From: a virus
Lineage: Duplodnaviria; Caudoviricetes
Virus record (IMG/VR): IMGVR_UViG_3300044267_003748
Coordinates: 1-25,871 of that record
Strand: one strand, 5' to 3'
Length of the DNA: 25,871 nt
Shown here: positions 7,550 through 15,800 of the stretch, in pieces
Layout of the letters: the number at the start of each line of letters is the position of its first letter
Position numbering within the stretch: position 1 is the stretch's first letter
The notes under the pieces: generated by a model
Seen by the model: only the letters and a program-made list of their open reading frames with translations
Database searches by the model: none
What the model was told of the DNA's origin: nothing
Translations under genes and position numbers: made by a program

Positions 7550-9937
7550 ATGAGTCACTTTCCAAGTCAAGTAGTTAGCGACATAGAAAAATTAAGCTTC
7601 AGTTATGGACTGGAAGTAGCTAAAGCAATAGAAAACGAATGGTTTGACGACGCGCATAACGCTAATAGATTTTTTAGTAATAGCGCAAACTTTCATAGTT
7701 TAAGATTGTATGCTAGAGGAGAGCAATCAATTCAAAAATATAAAGATGAATTATCTATAAATGGTGATTTGTCTTATCTCAATTTAGATTGGAAACCAGT
7801 TCCAATAATTCCTAAATTTGTTGATATCGTTGTTAATGGTATATCTGAAAGGATGTATGATATAAACGCGTACTCACAAGATCCTTATGGTGTTAGTAAA
7901 AGAACAGAGTATATGGATTCTATGCTTGGCGACTTACACAATAAAGACTTAAATGCTCTTTTTGAAGAAGCCTTAGGAATATCATTAAATCAAAATCCCA
8001 AAGAAGAACTTCCTGATTCAGAAGAAGAACTAGAGCTGCACATGCAGTTATCTTATAAGCAAGCTGTGGAATTAGCTGAAGAACAAGCTATAAATACTTT
8101 ATTTGAAGGTAATAATTACGAACTTGTAAAGAAAAGATTTTATTATGATTTAACAGTTTTAGGGATGGGAGCTGTAAAAACAGGATTTAATACTTCTCAA
8201 GGTGTAACTATAGATTACGTTGATCCGGCTAATTTAGTTTATTCACATTCTGAATCACCATATTTTGATGATATATATTACGTTGGTGAAGTTAAAGTTA
8301 TACCAATCAACGAATTAGCTAAACAATTCCCAGGATTAACACAGGAAGAATTAGAAGAAATAGCTAAATCAAACTCAGGTAAAGATCAATACACACAACG
8401 CGACCATAGGGATAGCCAAGAAGATATTAACAAAGTACAAGTTTTATATTTTAATTATAAAACTTATATGAATGAAGTATATAAAGTAAAAGAAACTGGT
8501 TCTGGTGGAGAAAAAGCTATAGAAAAAGACGATACTTTTAATCCACCTAAAGATAAAGAAGGTGGATATGCTAAAATGGATAGATGTATAGAGGTTTTAT
8601 TTGATGGTGCTATGATTATTGGTACACAAAAACTTCTTAAATGGGAGATGGCTAAAAATATGATGCGTCCTAAAAGTGACTATACTAAAGTTAAGATGAA
8701 TTATGCTATGGTTGCTCCTAGAATATACGATGGTAAAGTAGAATCGTTAGTTAAAAGAATAACAGGATTTGCAGATATGATTCAACTAACGCATTTAAAA
8801 ATACAACAAATCTTGGCTAGAATGGTTCCAGATGGTATTTATTTAGATGCAGACGGACTTGCTGAAATCGATTTAGGTAATGGAACTAATTATAATCCAC
8901 AAGAAGCTTTAAACATGTTCTTCCAAACTGGTTCGATAATAGGTAGATCATTCACAAGCGAGGGTGATATTAACCCAGGCAAAGTACCTATACAGGAAAT
9001 ATCTAGTGGAAGTGGTGGACAAAAACTCCAAGCATTAATAGGTAATTATAATTATTATCTTCAAATGATAAGAGACGTAACTGGATTAAACGAAGCTAGA
9101 GATGGCACTATGCCAGATAAAAATGCTTTGGTTGGAGTTCAAAAACTAGCTGCGGCTAATAGTAATACCGCTACAAGACATATTTTACAAGCTGGATTAT
9201 TTTTAACAAAAGAAGCAGCTGAATCATTGTCTCTTAGAATATCAGATGTTTTGGAATATTCACCGACAAAAGATGCTTTTATACAAGCTATAGGAAACCA
9301 TAATGTAGCCACGCTAGAAGAAATGTCTAATTTACATCTGTATGACTTTGGTATTTTTATTGAACTAAAACCAGATGAAGAACAACAAATGTTGTTAGAG
9401 AATAATATACAGCAGGCTTTAGCTCAACAAAGTATAGATTTAGAAGACGCTATTGATCTTAGAGAAATTAGAAACGTAAAATTAGCAAATCAAATGCTAA
9501 AAATACGTAGAAAAAAGAAAATGGAAAGAGATCAAAAAATCCAACAAGAAAATATAAGAGTTCAAAGTGAAGCTAATATACAAGCACAAGAAGCTGCTGC
9601 TCAAATGGAAGTTCGCAAAAAACAATTTGAAACTCAAAATGATATAGAATTAGCAAATGCTAAGTCAGATTTAGAAACTAAAAAACTATTGCAAGAAGCT
9701 GAAATTAAAAAACAGTTAATGGAATATGAATTTAATTACAACTTACAATTAAAATACGCTGAAATAGAAGTTCAAAAAAATAGAGACAAAGAAAAAGAAG
9801 ATCGTAAAGATGAGAGAACAAAAATGCAAGCAACTCAAAAATCTGAGTTGATGGATCAAAAAGAAAGAGGAGGACCACCTAAAAACTTTGAATCTGCAGG
9901 TGATGATATATTAGGTGGATTTAACTTAGGAATATAA
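7550..9937 (+). CDS. Portal protein
   Basis: 795 aa directly after TerL; LDWKPVPIIPKFVDIVVNG and IRDVTGLNEARDG motifs; long Gln/Glu-rich C-terminal coiled coil (barrel). Confidence 0.88.
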   Translation: MSHFPSQVVSDIEKLSFSYGLEVAKAIENEWFDDAHNANRFFSNSANFHSLRLYARGEQSIQKYKDELSINGDLSYLNLDWKPVPIIPKFVDIVVNGISERMYDINAYSQDPYGVSKRTEYMDSMLGDLHNKDLNALFEEALGISLNQNPKEELPDSEEELELHMQLSYKQAVELAEEQAINTLFEGNNYELVKKRFYYDLTVLGMGAVKTGFNTSQGVTIDYVDPANLVYSHSESPYFDDIYYVGEVKVIPINELAKQFPGLTQEELEEIAKSNSGKDQYTQRDHRDSQEDINKVQVLYFNYKTYMNEVYKVKETGSGGEKAIEKDDTFNPPKDKEGGYAKMDRCIEVLFDGAMIIGTQKLLKWEMAKNMMRPKSDYTKVKMNYAMVAPRIYDGKVESLVKRITGFADMIQLTHLKIQQILARMVPDGIYLDADGLAEIDLGNGTNYNPQEALNMFFQTGSIIGRSFTSEGDINPGKVPIQEISSGSGGQKLQALIGNYNYYLQMIRDVTGLNEARDGTMPDKNALVGVQKLAAANSNTATRHILQAGLFLTKEAAESLSLRISDVLEYSPTKDAFIQAIGNHNVATLEEMSNLHLYDFGIFIELKPDEEQQMLLENNIQQALAQQSIDLEDAIDLREIRNVKLANQMLKIRRKKKMERDQKIQQENIRVQSEANIQAQEAAAQMEVRKKQFETQNDIELANAKSDLETKKLLQEAEIKKQLMEYEFNYNLQLKYAEIEVQKNRDKEKEDRKDERTKMQATQKSELMDQKERGGPPKNFESAGDDILGGFNLGI

Positions 9938-9944
9938 CTAAGAA

Positions 9945-9972
9945 TTTATTAATTTTATAATATTATATTATG
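9945..9972 (+). promoter_or_regulatory. AT-rich leader motif, copy 1 (TTTATTAATTTTAT-n-TATTATATTATG)
   Basis: Near-identical copy at 12771..12800; both end on the start codon. Confidence 0.5.
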
Positions 9973-11169
9973 GCAAAAAAAGAAAAAACAGAGACAGTTG
10001 TAGAAGCTGTTGAACAACCAAAAGTAGACGAAACAGTCGAAAAGTTAAAGGTTAAGAAAAAACCAAAAATGAAGAAGCTTAGTCAAAGTAATGATGAGCC
10101 TATTAAATTAGATTTAAGTAAACCACCAAAAAAAGAAGAAGATGTACAATCAACAGATACCAACGAAGAAAGCGTTGTTCAAGAAAAAGTTATTGAAGAA
10201 ACGACTAATGAAGAAAAACCTGTTGAACAAGTTGCAGAAGAAAATACTGAAACACCTATTTTAGAAGAAGTAATTGAAGAAGAGTCAAATAAAAAGATAG
10301 AACAACCTAAAATAGAAGAACCTAAAGCTATTTTACCAGAAGACGTAGAAAAGTTAGTTAATTTTATCAATGAAACTGGTGGTGATTTAAATGATTATAT
10401 AAATTTAAATAAAGATTATGATAAACTAGATAATCTATCTTTATTAGAAGAGTACTACAAGCAAACAAAACCTCATCTATCCGCTGAAGAAATAAATTTC
10501 TTAATGGAAGATAATTTCAATTATGATGAATCTTATGATGATGAGAAAGAAATTAAAAGAAAAAAATTAGCGTTAAAAGAGCAAGTTGCCAGCGCTAAAA
10601 GCCACTTGGACGGGCTAAAGTCCAAATACTATGCGGAACTTAAGGCTGGTTCAAAGCTTACGCCTGAACAACAAAAAGCTATAGAGTTCTTTAATAGATA
10701 CAACGAAGAATCTGTGGAGAATCAAAAATTAGCAAAACAAGCACAAGATACTTTTTTACAAAAAACTGACAATGTATTTGACCAAGAGTTTAAGGGTTTT
10801 GAATATAGTGTTGGAGACAAAAAGTATAGATTCAATGTTAAAGATGTTAATCAAACTAAAGAAACCCAAGCGGATATTAATAACTTTGTCAAGAAGTTCT
10901 TGAACGAAGATAATTTAATGGAAGACGCAAAAGGTTATCACAAAGGTTTATTTACAGCTATGAATGCTGATGCTATTGCTAATCACTTTTATGAACAAGG
11001 TAAAGCAGATGCTCTTAAAAACAGTATTGCTAAATCTAAAAATATCAACATGGATCCAAGACAATCACATAGTGGTAATGTTGGAGAAACTGGTGGTATT
11101 AAATTTAAAGTATTAGAAGATAACTCTCCTAGTTTCAAGTTTAAAGTTAAAAGTGTTAAAAAAAAGTAA
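9970..11169 (+). CDS. Putative capsid scaffolding protein
   Basis: Between portal and MCP; highly acidic disordered N-terminal half, helical C-terminal half, HFYEQGKADA motif. Confidence 0.72.
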   Translation: MAKKEKTETVVEAVEQPKVDETVEKLKVKKKPKMKKLSQSNDEPIKLDLSKPPKKEEDVQSTDTNEESVVQEKVIEETTNEEKPVEQVAEENTETPILEEVIEEESNKKIEQPKIEEPKAILPEDVEKLVNFINETGGDLNDYINLNKDYDKLDNLSLLEEYYKQTKPHLSAEEINFLMEDNFNYDESYDDEKEIKRKKLALKEQVASAKSHLDGLKSKYYAELKAGSKLTPEQQKAIEFFNRYNEESVENQKLAKQAQDTFLQKTDNVFDQEFKGFEYSVGDKKYRFNVKDVNQTKETQADINNFVKKFLNEDNLMEDAKGYHKGLFTAMNADAIANHFYEQGKADALKNSIAKSKNINMDPRQSHSGNVGETGGIKFKVLEDNSPSFKFKVKSVKKK

Positions 11170-11193
11170 ATAACAATTAAAAATTAAAACAAA

Positions 11194-12708
11194 ATGGCAA
11201 TAAGTTATGGAAGTGAAATCAACGCTGTAGTTTCACCTGGAAAGCAAGTTCTTTCCACGAACTACGTTGATTTATCGAGCTCAGGATGGGCTCAACAATA
11301 CCTGCCAGACTTGATGGAAAAAGAAGCTGAAGTTTTTGGAAACAGAACTATTTCAGGTTTTTTAGCTCAAGTTGGGGCAGAAGAAGCAATGATGTCTGAT
11401 CAAGTTGTTTGGTCAGAGCAAGGTAGATTACATCTTTGCTACAAAGGTAGACTAAAACACGCAACAGACGTTGCATCTGCTGGAAATCTAGGTGGTACAT
11501 CAGCTGTTGGTGGTCAAATAGAAATTCAACAAGATATTGATGGTAATGCTTTAGGTACTACTTCTTATAGTAATGGTGATCATGGTATCCGTCCAGGTGA
11601 TATGGTTATCGTTGCGGATTCAGGTGCTACGGTAAAATGTTATGTAGATACTGTTGAATCAGATGGTGATCTTAACGTTACTCCTTATGATGCTGGTGGT
11701 TCTACTACTACAATGGGAGCAGTATTAAGTTCTACTTCTGATACGTCTCTTGGATTAAGAATACTAGTTATAGGTTCTGAATTCAAAAAGGGAGATGATG
11801 CAAGATCATCTGCTAACGAACCTAAATTCACATCTTTTTCTAATAAACCAGTTATCCTAAAAGATTTCTACGAAGTATCAGGTTCTGATGCTACTGCGAT
11901 CGGTTGGGTTGAAGTTTCTGGAGAAGATGGACAATCAGGTTACATGTGGTATTTAAAAGCTGAAGGTGACACCCGCGCGAGATTCTCTGATTATGTTGAA
12001 ATGACTATGATTGAGGCTGTTCGTGGTGGTGGTGACGATTACACAGTTGCTAATACTGTAGTTGATACTGCTTTAGGTCAAACTAGAACTGGTACAGAAG
12101 GTTTATTTGCTGCTATCGAAGATAGAGGTAATATGAGCACTGGGTTAGTAGCTGGTGGACAAGTTTTATCAGAATTTGACGCTATCTTAGCTGAATTTGA
12201 TAAGCAAGGTGCTATTGAAGAAAATATGTTATTCGTTAATAGAGGAACTGCTCTAGCAATTGATGATATGTTAGCTTCAATGAATTCTTACGGTGCTAAT
12301 GGTACTTCTTACGGAGTATTTAACAACGAAGAAGACATGGCGCTTAATTTAGGGTTCTCTGGATTTAGACGTGGATCTTATGACTTTTATAAGTCTGATT
12401 GGAAATATCTAAATGATATGGGTACAAGAGGTGCTATTAACGCTATAGATACAGCTAATGCTGTTAGAGGTGTTATTATACCTGCTGGTGTATCTTCAGT
12501 TTATGATCAATCGTTAGGAAAGAACATAAAACGTCCTTTCTTACACGTTAGATATAGAGCTTCTGAAACAGAAAACAGAAAAATGAAAACTTGGGTTACG
12601 GGTTCTGTAGGTGCTACAACATCTGGAAAAGACGTAATGGAGGTACATTATTTATCTGAAAGATGTTTAATCGTGCAAGGTGCTAATAATTTCTTCTTAT
12701 TAAACTAA
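11194..12708 (+). CDS. Major capsid protein (HK97 fold, crAss-related type)
   Basis: 504 aa after the scaffold; WAQQYLPDL, WSEQGRLH, GTEGLFAAIEDRG, LNLGFSGFRRGSYDFYK and HYLSERCL motifs; codon bias typical of high expression; followed by a terminator. Confidence 0.9.
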   Translation: MAISYGSEINAVVSPGKQVLSTNYVDLSSSGWAQQYLPDLMEKEAEVFGNRTISGFLAQVGAEEAMMSDQVVWSEQGRLHLCYKGRLKHATDVASAGNLGGTSAVGGQIEIQQDIDGNALGTTSYSNGDHGIRPGDMVIVADSGATVKCYVDTVESDGDLNVTPYDAGGSTTTMGAVLSSTSDTSLGLRILVIGSEFKKGDDARSSANEPKFTSFSNKPVILKDFYEVSGSDATAIGWVEVSGEDGQSGYMWYLKAEGDTRARFSDYVEMTMIEAVRGGGDDYTVANTVVDTALGQTRTGTEGLFAAIEDRGNMSTGLVAGGQVLSEFDAILAEFDKQGAIEENMLFVNRGTALAIDDMLASMNSYGANGTSYGVFNNEEDMALNLGFSGFRRGSYDFYKSDWKYLNDMGTRGAINAIDTANAVRGVIIPAGVSSVYDQSLGKNIKRPFLHVRYRASETENRKMKTWVTGSVGATTSGKDVMEVHYLSERCLIVQGANNFFLLN

Positions 12709-12721
12709 GCATTTATTAATT

Positions 12722-12775
12722 AAAGAAGAGGGCGGCATGCATGTAAACGCTCTCCGCTCTCTTCTTTTATTTTAT
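12722..12775 (+). terminator. Rho-independent terminator after MCP
   Basis: AAAGAAGAGGGCGG (12722..12735) pairs with CCGCTCTCTTCTTT (12754..12767) with one G-U pair; 18-nt loop; T-rich tail. Confidence 0.75.
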
Positions 12776-12800
12776 TAATTTTATTATATATTATATTATG
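12771..12800 (+). promoter_or_regulatory. AT-rich leader motif, copy 2
   Basis: TTTATTAATTTTATTATATATTATATTATG, matching 9945..9972. Confidence 0.5.
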
Positions 12801-13661
12801 GCAAAGAAAAAAGAAACAAAACTAGCAAGCGCTAGAAAAGCGGAAGTAGAAACCCCAGTGGTGGAAACTCCAGTGGTAGAAACTCCACCGGTTGTTGAAC
12901 GACCAAAAAAAGTTAAGGTAAAATCTAATAATCCAGAAGATAATTGGGAGATAAAAGATAGAACATATTGGTTAAAACGAGGTAAAAAACCTTTATCGTT
13001 CATGATTAGATCTTCTAATATATATTATTTTGATGAAGAAAAGGGTTATGAAAGAGAATTAAAATACACATCTAATCAAAAAACTTGCTTTGTAGACGAA
13101 ATGGTTGGGGAACAAAGATTAGAACACGTTATATTTAGAAATGGTGCTTTAATTGTACCTAGAAATAAAACTATTCTTCAAAAATTTTTATCTTTGTACC
13201 ACCCTCATAGAGATAATTTATATTATGAATGGAAACCAGTTGCGCAGGCAGCAAGTCAATTAGATTGGTTAGAGTTTGAAGCGGAATCTTTAATAGCTGC
13301 TAAAAATTTAGATATTGAACTGGCAGAAGCTGTTATGCGTGTAGAAAATGGCTCTAGAGTATCAGAGATGAGTTCTAAAGAACTTAGACGTGATTTAATG
13401 ATATTTGCTAAAAACAATCCTAAATTATTCTTAGAATTAGTTTCTGATGAAAATATTCAACTTAGAAATTTTGGTATTAAAGCTACTGAAATGGGAATAT
13501 TAAAATTATCTCAAGATCAAAGAACTTTCATGTGGGGTTCAACTGATAGAAAATTAATGAATATTCCTTTTGACGAACACCCTTATTCGGCTTTAGCTGC
13601 TTGGTTTAAGACTGATGAAGGTATGGAAATTTATAGTCAGATTGAAAAAAGAATGAAGTAA
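12798..13661 (+). CDS. Conserved-type hypothetical protein downstream of MCP
   Basis: 287 aa; low-complexity N-terminus, then WEIKDRTY, RELKYTSNQKT.FVDE and a helical C-terminus. Confidence 0.8.
   Translation: MAKKKETKLASARKAEVETPVVETPVVETPPVVERPKKVKVKSNNPEDNWEIKDRTYWLKRGKKPLSFMIRSSNIYYFDEEKGYERELKYTSNQKTCFVDEMVGEQRLEHVIFRNGALIVPRNKTILQKFLSLYHPHRDNLYYEWKPVAQAASQLDWLEFEAESLIAAKNLDIELAEAVMRVENGSRVSEMSSKELRRDLMIFAKNNPKLFLELVSDENIQLRNFGIKATEMGILKLSQDQRTFMWGSTDRKLMNIPFDEHPYSALAAWFKTDEGMEIYSQIEKRMK
12846..12890 (+). repeat. 15-nt in-frame tandem repeat x3 (VETPV)
   Basis: GTAGAAACCCCAGTG / GTGGAAACTCCAGTG / GTAGAAACTCCACCG. Confidence 0.85.
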
Positions 13662-13671
13662 TAACAAATAT

Positions 13672-13710
13672 TGGAGGTTGCCTCTTTAAATAGAGGTAAC
13701 CACCATTATT
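13672..13710 (+). terminator. Intergenic hairpin, probable weak terminator or processing site
   Basis: GGTTGCCTCT (13676..13685) - TTAAAT loop - AGAGGTAACC (13692..13701), extendable by TGG/CCA; only a short TTATT tail. Confidence 0.6.
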
Positions 13711-13725
13711 AAAAATCTAATTTAC

Positions 13726-13893
13726 ATGCAAGATAATAAATCTAGAGGATTTGGAGATACTATAGAAAAATTTACAAAAGCGACTGGAATTCATAGTTTA
13801 GCTCAAATGGGAGCTAAAATAGTTGGTAAAAAAGATTGTGGTTGTAACAAAAGAAAAGAAGCTTTAAATAAAGCTTTTCCTTATAAAAAATAA
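13726..13893 (+). CDS. 55-aa basic CGC-motif phage protein (not in ORF track)
   Basis: Hand translation MQDNKSRGFGDTIEKFTKATGIHSLAQMGAKIVGKKDCGCNKRKEALNKAFPYKK*; G.GDTIEK.TKATGI...DCGC..RKE.LN is a recurring small phage protein pattern; fills the gap. Confidence 0.8.
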   Translation: MQDNKSRGFGDTIEKFTKATGIHSLAQMGAKIVGKKDCGCNKRKEALNKAFPYKK

Positions 13894-13899
13894 ATAAAA

Positions 13900-14637
13900 A
13901 TGGTAAATATAGATACAGTGTATCAAAGAGTTTTAGCTTTAGCTAATAAAGAGCAAAGAGGATATATAACTCCTTTAGAATTTAATTTATTAGCAAATCA
14001 AGCTCAAATGGATACTTTTGAACAATATTTTTATGACATAAACCAAAACGAGAGATTACCTGGTAACGATAGACAATATTCAGATGTAGAACATATACTT
14101 AATGAAAAAATATCTGCTTTTGAACATGAACAAGGTAACTGGTTACCAACGGTAGTTGGAGGGGGTCATAATTTACCCGCAGATCTATATAGGATAGGAC
14201 AAATAATATATACAGAGAATGGTAAGAGATATATCTGCGAAGAAGTTACTACAAAAGAATACATGAGATTACAAAATTCTCCTCTTGCTGGGCCAACAAA
14301 CAAAAGACCAGTGTATATACGATTTAGAAGCTTGGGACAAACTTCAGGTGTAGAAAGTGGAATTAGAGTTTATGGGGATGGGGGTAATATATTAAATACG
14401 CCCATTAATATTACTTATATAAAAGTTCCAAATAAAGTTGAGTGGGGTTACGACGTTATAAACGAAATGGCTTTATACCAACCAGCTACATCTGTTAATT
14501 TTGAACACCACCCATCAGAAGAAACCGAGTTAGTTATGAAAATACTAGAATTAGCCGGTATAGTAATGAACAAACCTGGCTTAGCACAATTAGCTGGAGG
14601 TGAAGAAATACAAAAAATTCAACAAGAAAAAATGTAA
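13900..14637 (+). CDS. Tail ring / head-tail adaptor protein
   Basis: LANKEQRGYITPLEFNLLANQAQ N-terminus, LPADLY, YIKVP..V.WGY; lies between capsid and muzzle genes. Confidence 0.7.
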   Translation: MVNIDTVYQRVLALANKEQRGYITPLEFNLLANQAQMDTFEQYFYDINQNERLPGNDRQYSDVEHILNEKISAFEHEQGNWLPTVVGGGHNLPADLYRIGQIIYTENGKRYICEEVTTKEYMRLQNSPLAGPTNKRPVYIRFRSLGQTSGVESGIRVYGDGGNILNTPINITYIKVPNKVEWGYDVINEMALYQPATSVNFEHHPSEETELVMKILELAGIVMNKPGLAQLAGGEEIQKIQQEKM

Positions 14638-14641
14638 ATAA

Positions 14642-15796
14642 ATGGGTTTATTAACACAAACTGAAAGACAATATTATAGCGGAAGAAGAACATTTGATGG
14701 TGATGGTTCTACTAATATTTTTACAATATCAACATCTCAAGATACATTTCCCGCTAATTATAGTGGATGTAATGACTGCTTAAAACTTTATAAAAATACA
14801 AATGATTTTCCACAATCTAGAATAGATTCAGCTGGTGTTGTAACTACTAATTGGGAATTTAAATGGGATACTACAAATTATTGGCATTTTGATTTTACCT
14901 TAGGAACAACTCCAACAATAGCGGAAAGTTTTGAAGCGGTGATAAGTACTGGTGTAGGTAATTATCAATTTATTTCACTTGATGATATTATAAATAATTT
15001 TATGATATCTTATGTAGGTGAAGGAAAGATTATAAGTAAAGTTAGAAGATATGATGTTGCTTTTCATGCTCAAAGAGCTTTAGCTGAACTAAGTTTTGAT
15101 ACTTTTAAATCTACTAAATCTCAAGAGATAGAAATACCATCTTCTTTAACAATGACGATACCTCATGATTACGTTAACTATGTAAAGTTAACTTGGAGTG
15201 ATGGTGCTGGTATAGAGCATATAATATACCCAACAGCAAACACATCAAACCCTAAAAATATAAAACAAGATTCAGATGGAAATTATAGTTTTGATTTTGA
15301 TGATGATGGTTTTGAAGACACAAGTTCTTTAATAGAATCTGCTAAATCTGATACTTGGGATAAGTATAAATCTTCAACTCCAAATGAAAATCAAAATGAT
15401 TATGATGACGAAACATATTGGGCTTATGAAGGTAGAAGATATGGCTTAGAACCTTCGCATGCTCACGTTAATGGTTCTTTTTTTATTGATGAATTGAAAG
15501 GATTAATACATTTTAGTTCTAATTTATCTGGAAAAACTATAATATTAAAATATATAAGTGATAGTTTAGGTACAGATGATGAAATGAAAGTACATAAACT
15601 TGCTGAAGAAGCTATGTATAAAAATATAACTTATTCTATTATTTCTACACAAAGAAATATTCCAGAACAAATAGTTCAAAGATTTAAAAAAGAAAGATTT
15701 GCTGAAACTAGAAAGGCAAAATTAAGATTATCTAATATTAAATTAGAAGAAATTACAAGAATACTAAGAGGTAAATCGAAACATATAAAACATTAA
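14642..15796 (+). CDS. Second tail ring / tubular protein with N-terminal inserted beta domain
   Basis: YQFISLDDIINNF, FHAQRALAELSFD, IPHDYVNYVKL, ILKYISD and RKAKLRLSNIKLEEI motifs. Confidence 0.7.
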   Translation: MGLLTQTERQYYSGRRTFDGDGSTNIFTISTSQDTFPANYSGCNDCLKLYKNTNDFPQSRIDSAGVVTTNWEFKWDTTNYWHFDFTLGTTPTIAESFEAVISTGVGNYQFISLDDIINNFMISYVGEGKIISKVRRYDVAFHAQRALAELSFDTFKSTKSQEIEIPSSLTMTIPHDYVNYVKLTWSDGAGIEHIIYPTANTSNPKNIKQDSDGNYSFDFDDDGFEDTSSLIESAKSDTWDKYKSSTPNENQNDYDDETYWAYEGRRYGLEPSHAHVNGSFFIDELKGLIHFSSNLSGKTIILKYISDSLGTDDEMKVHKLAEEAMYKNITYSIISTQRNIPEQIVQRFKKERFAETRKAKLRLSNIKLEEITRILRGKSKHIKH

Positions 15797-15800
15797 TTAA

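Noticed and set aside
5328-12708. Introns or inteins in TerL, portal or MCP
   Set aside because: ORFs are continuous and of expected size; no intein splice motifs or homing endonuclease seen.
12846-12890. VETPV tandem repeat as a functional system
   Set aside because: An ordinary slippage repeat in a disordered N-terminal linker.
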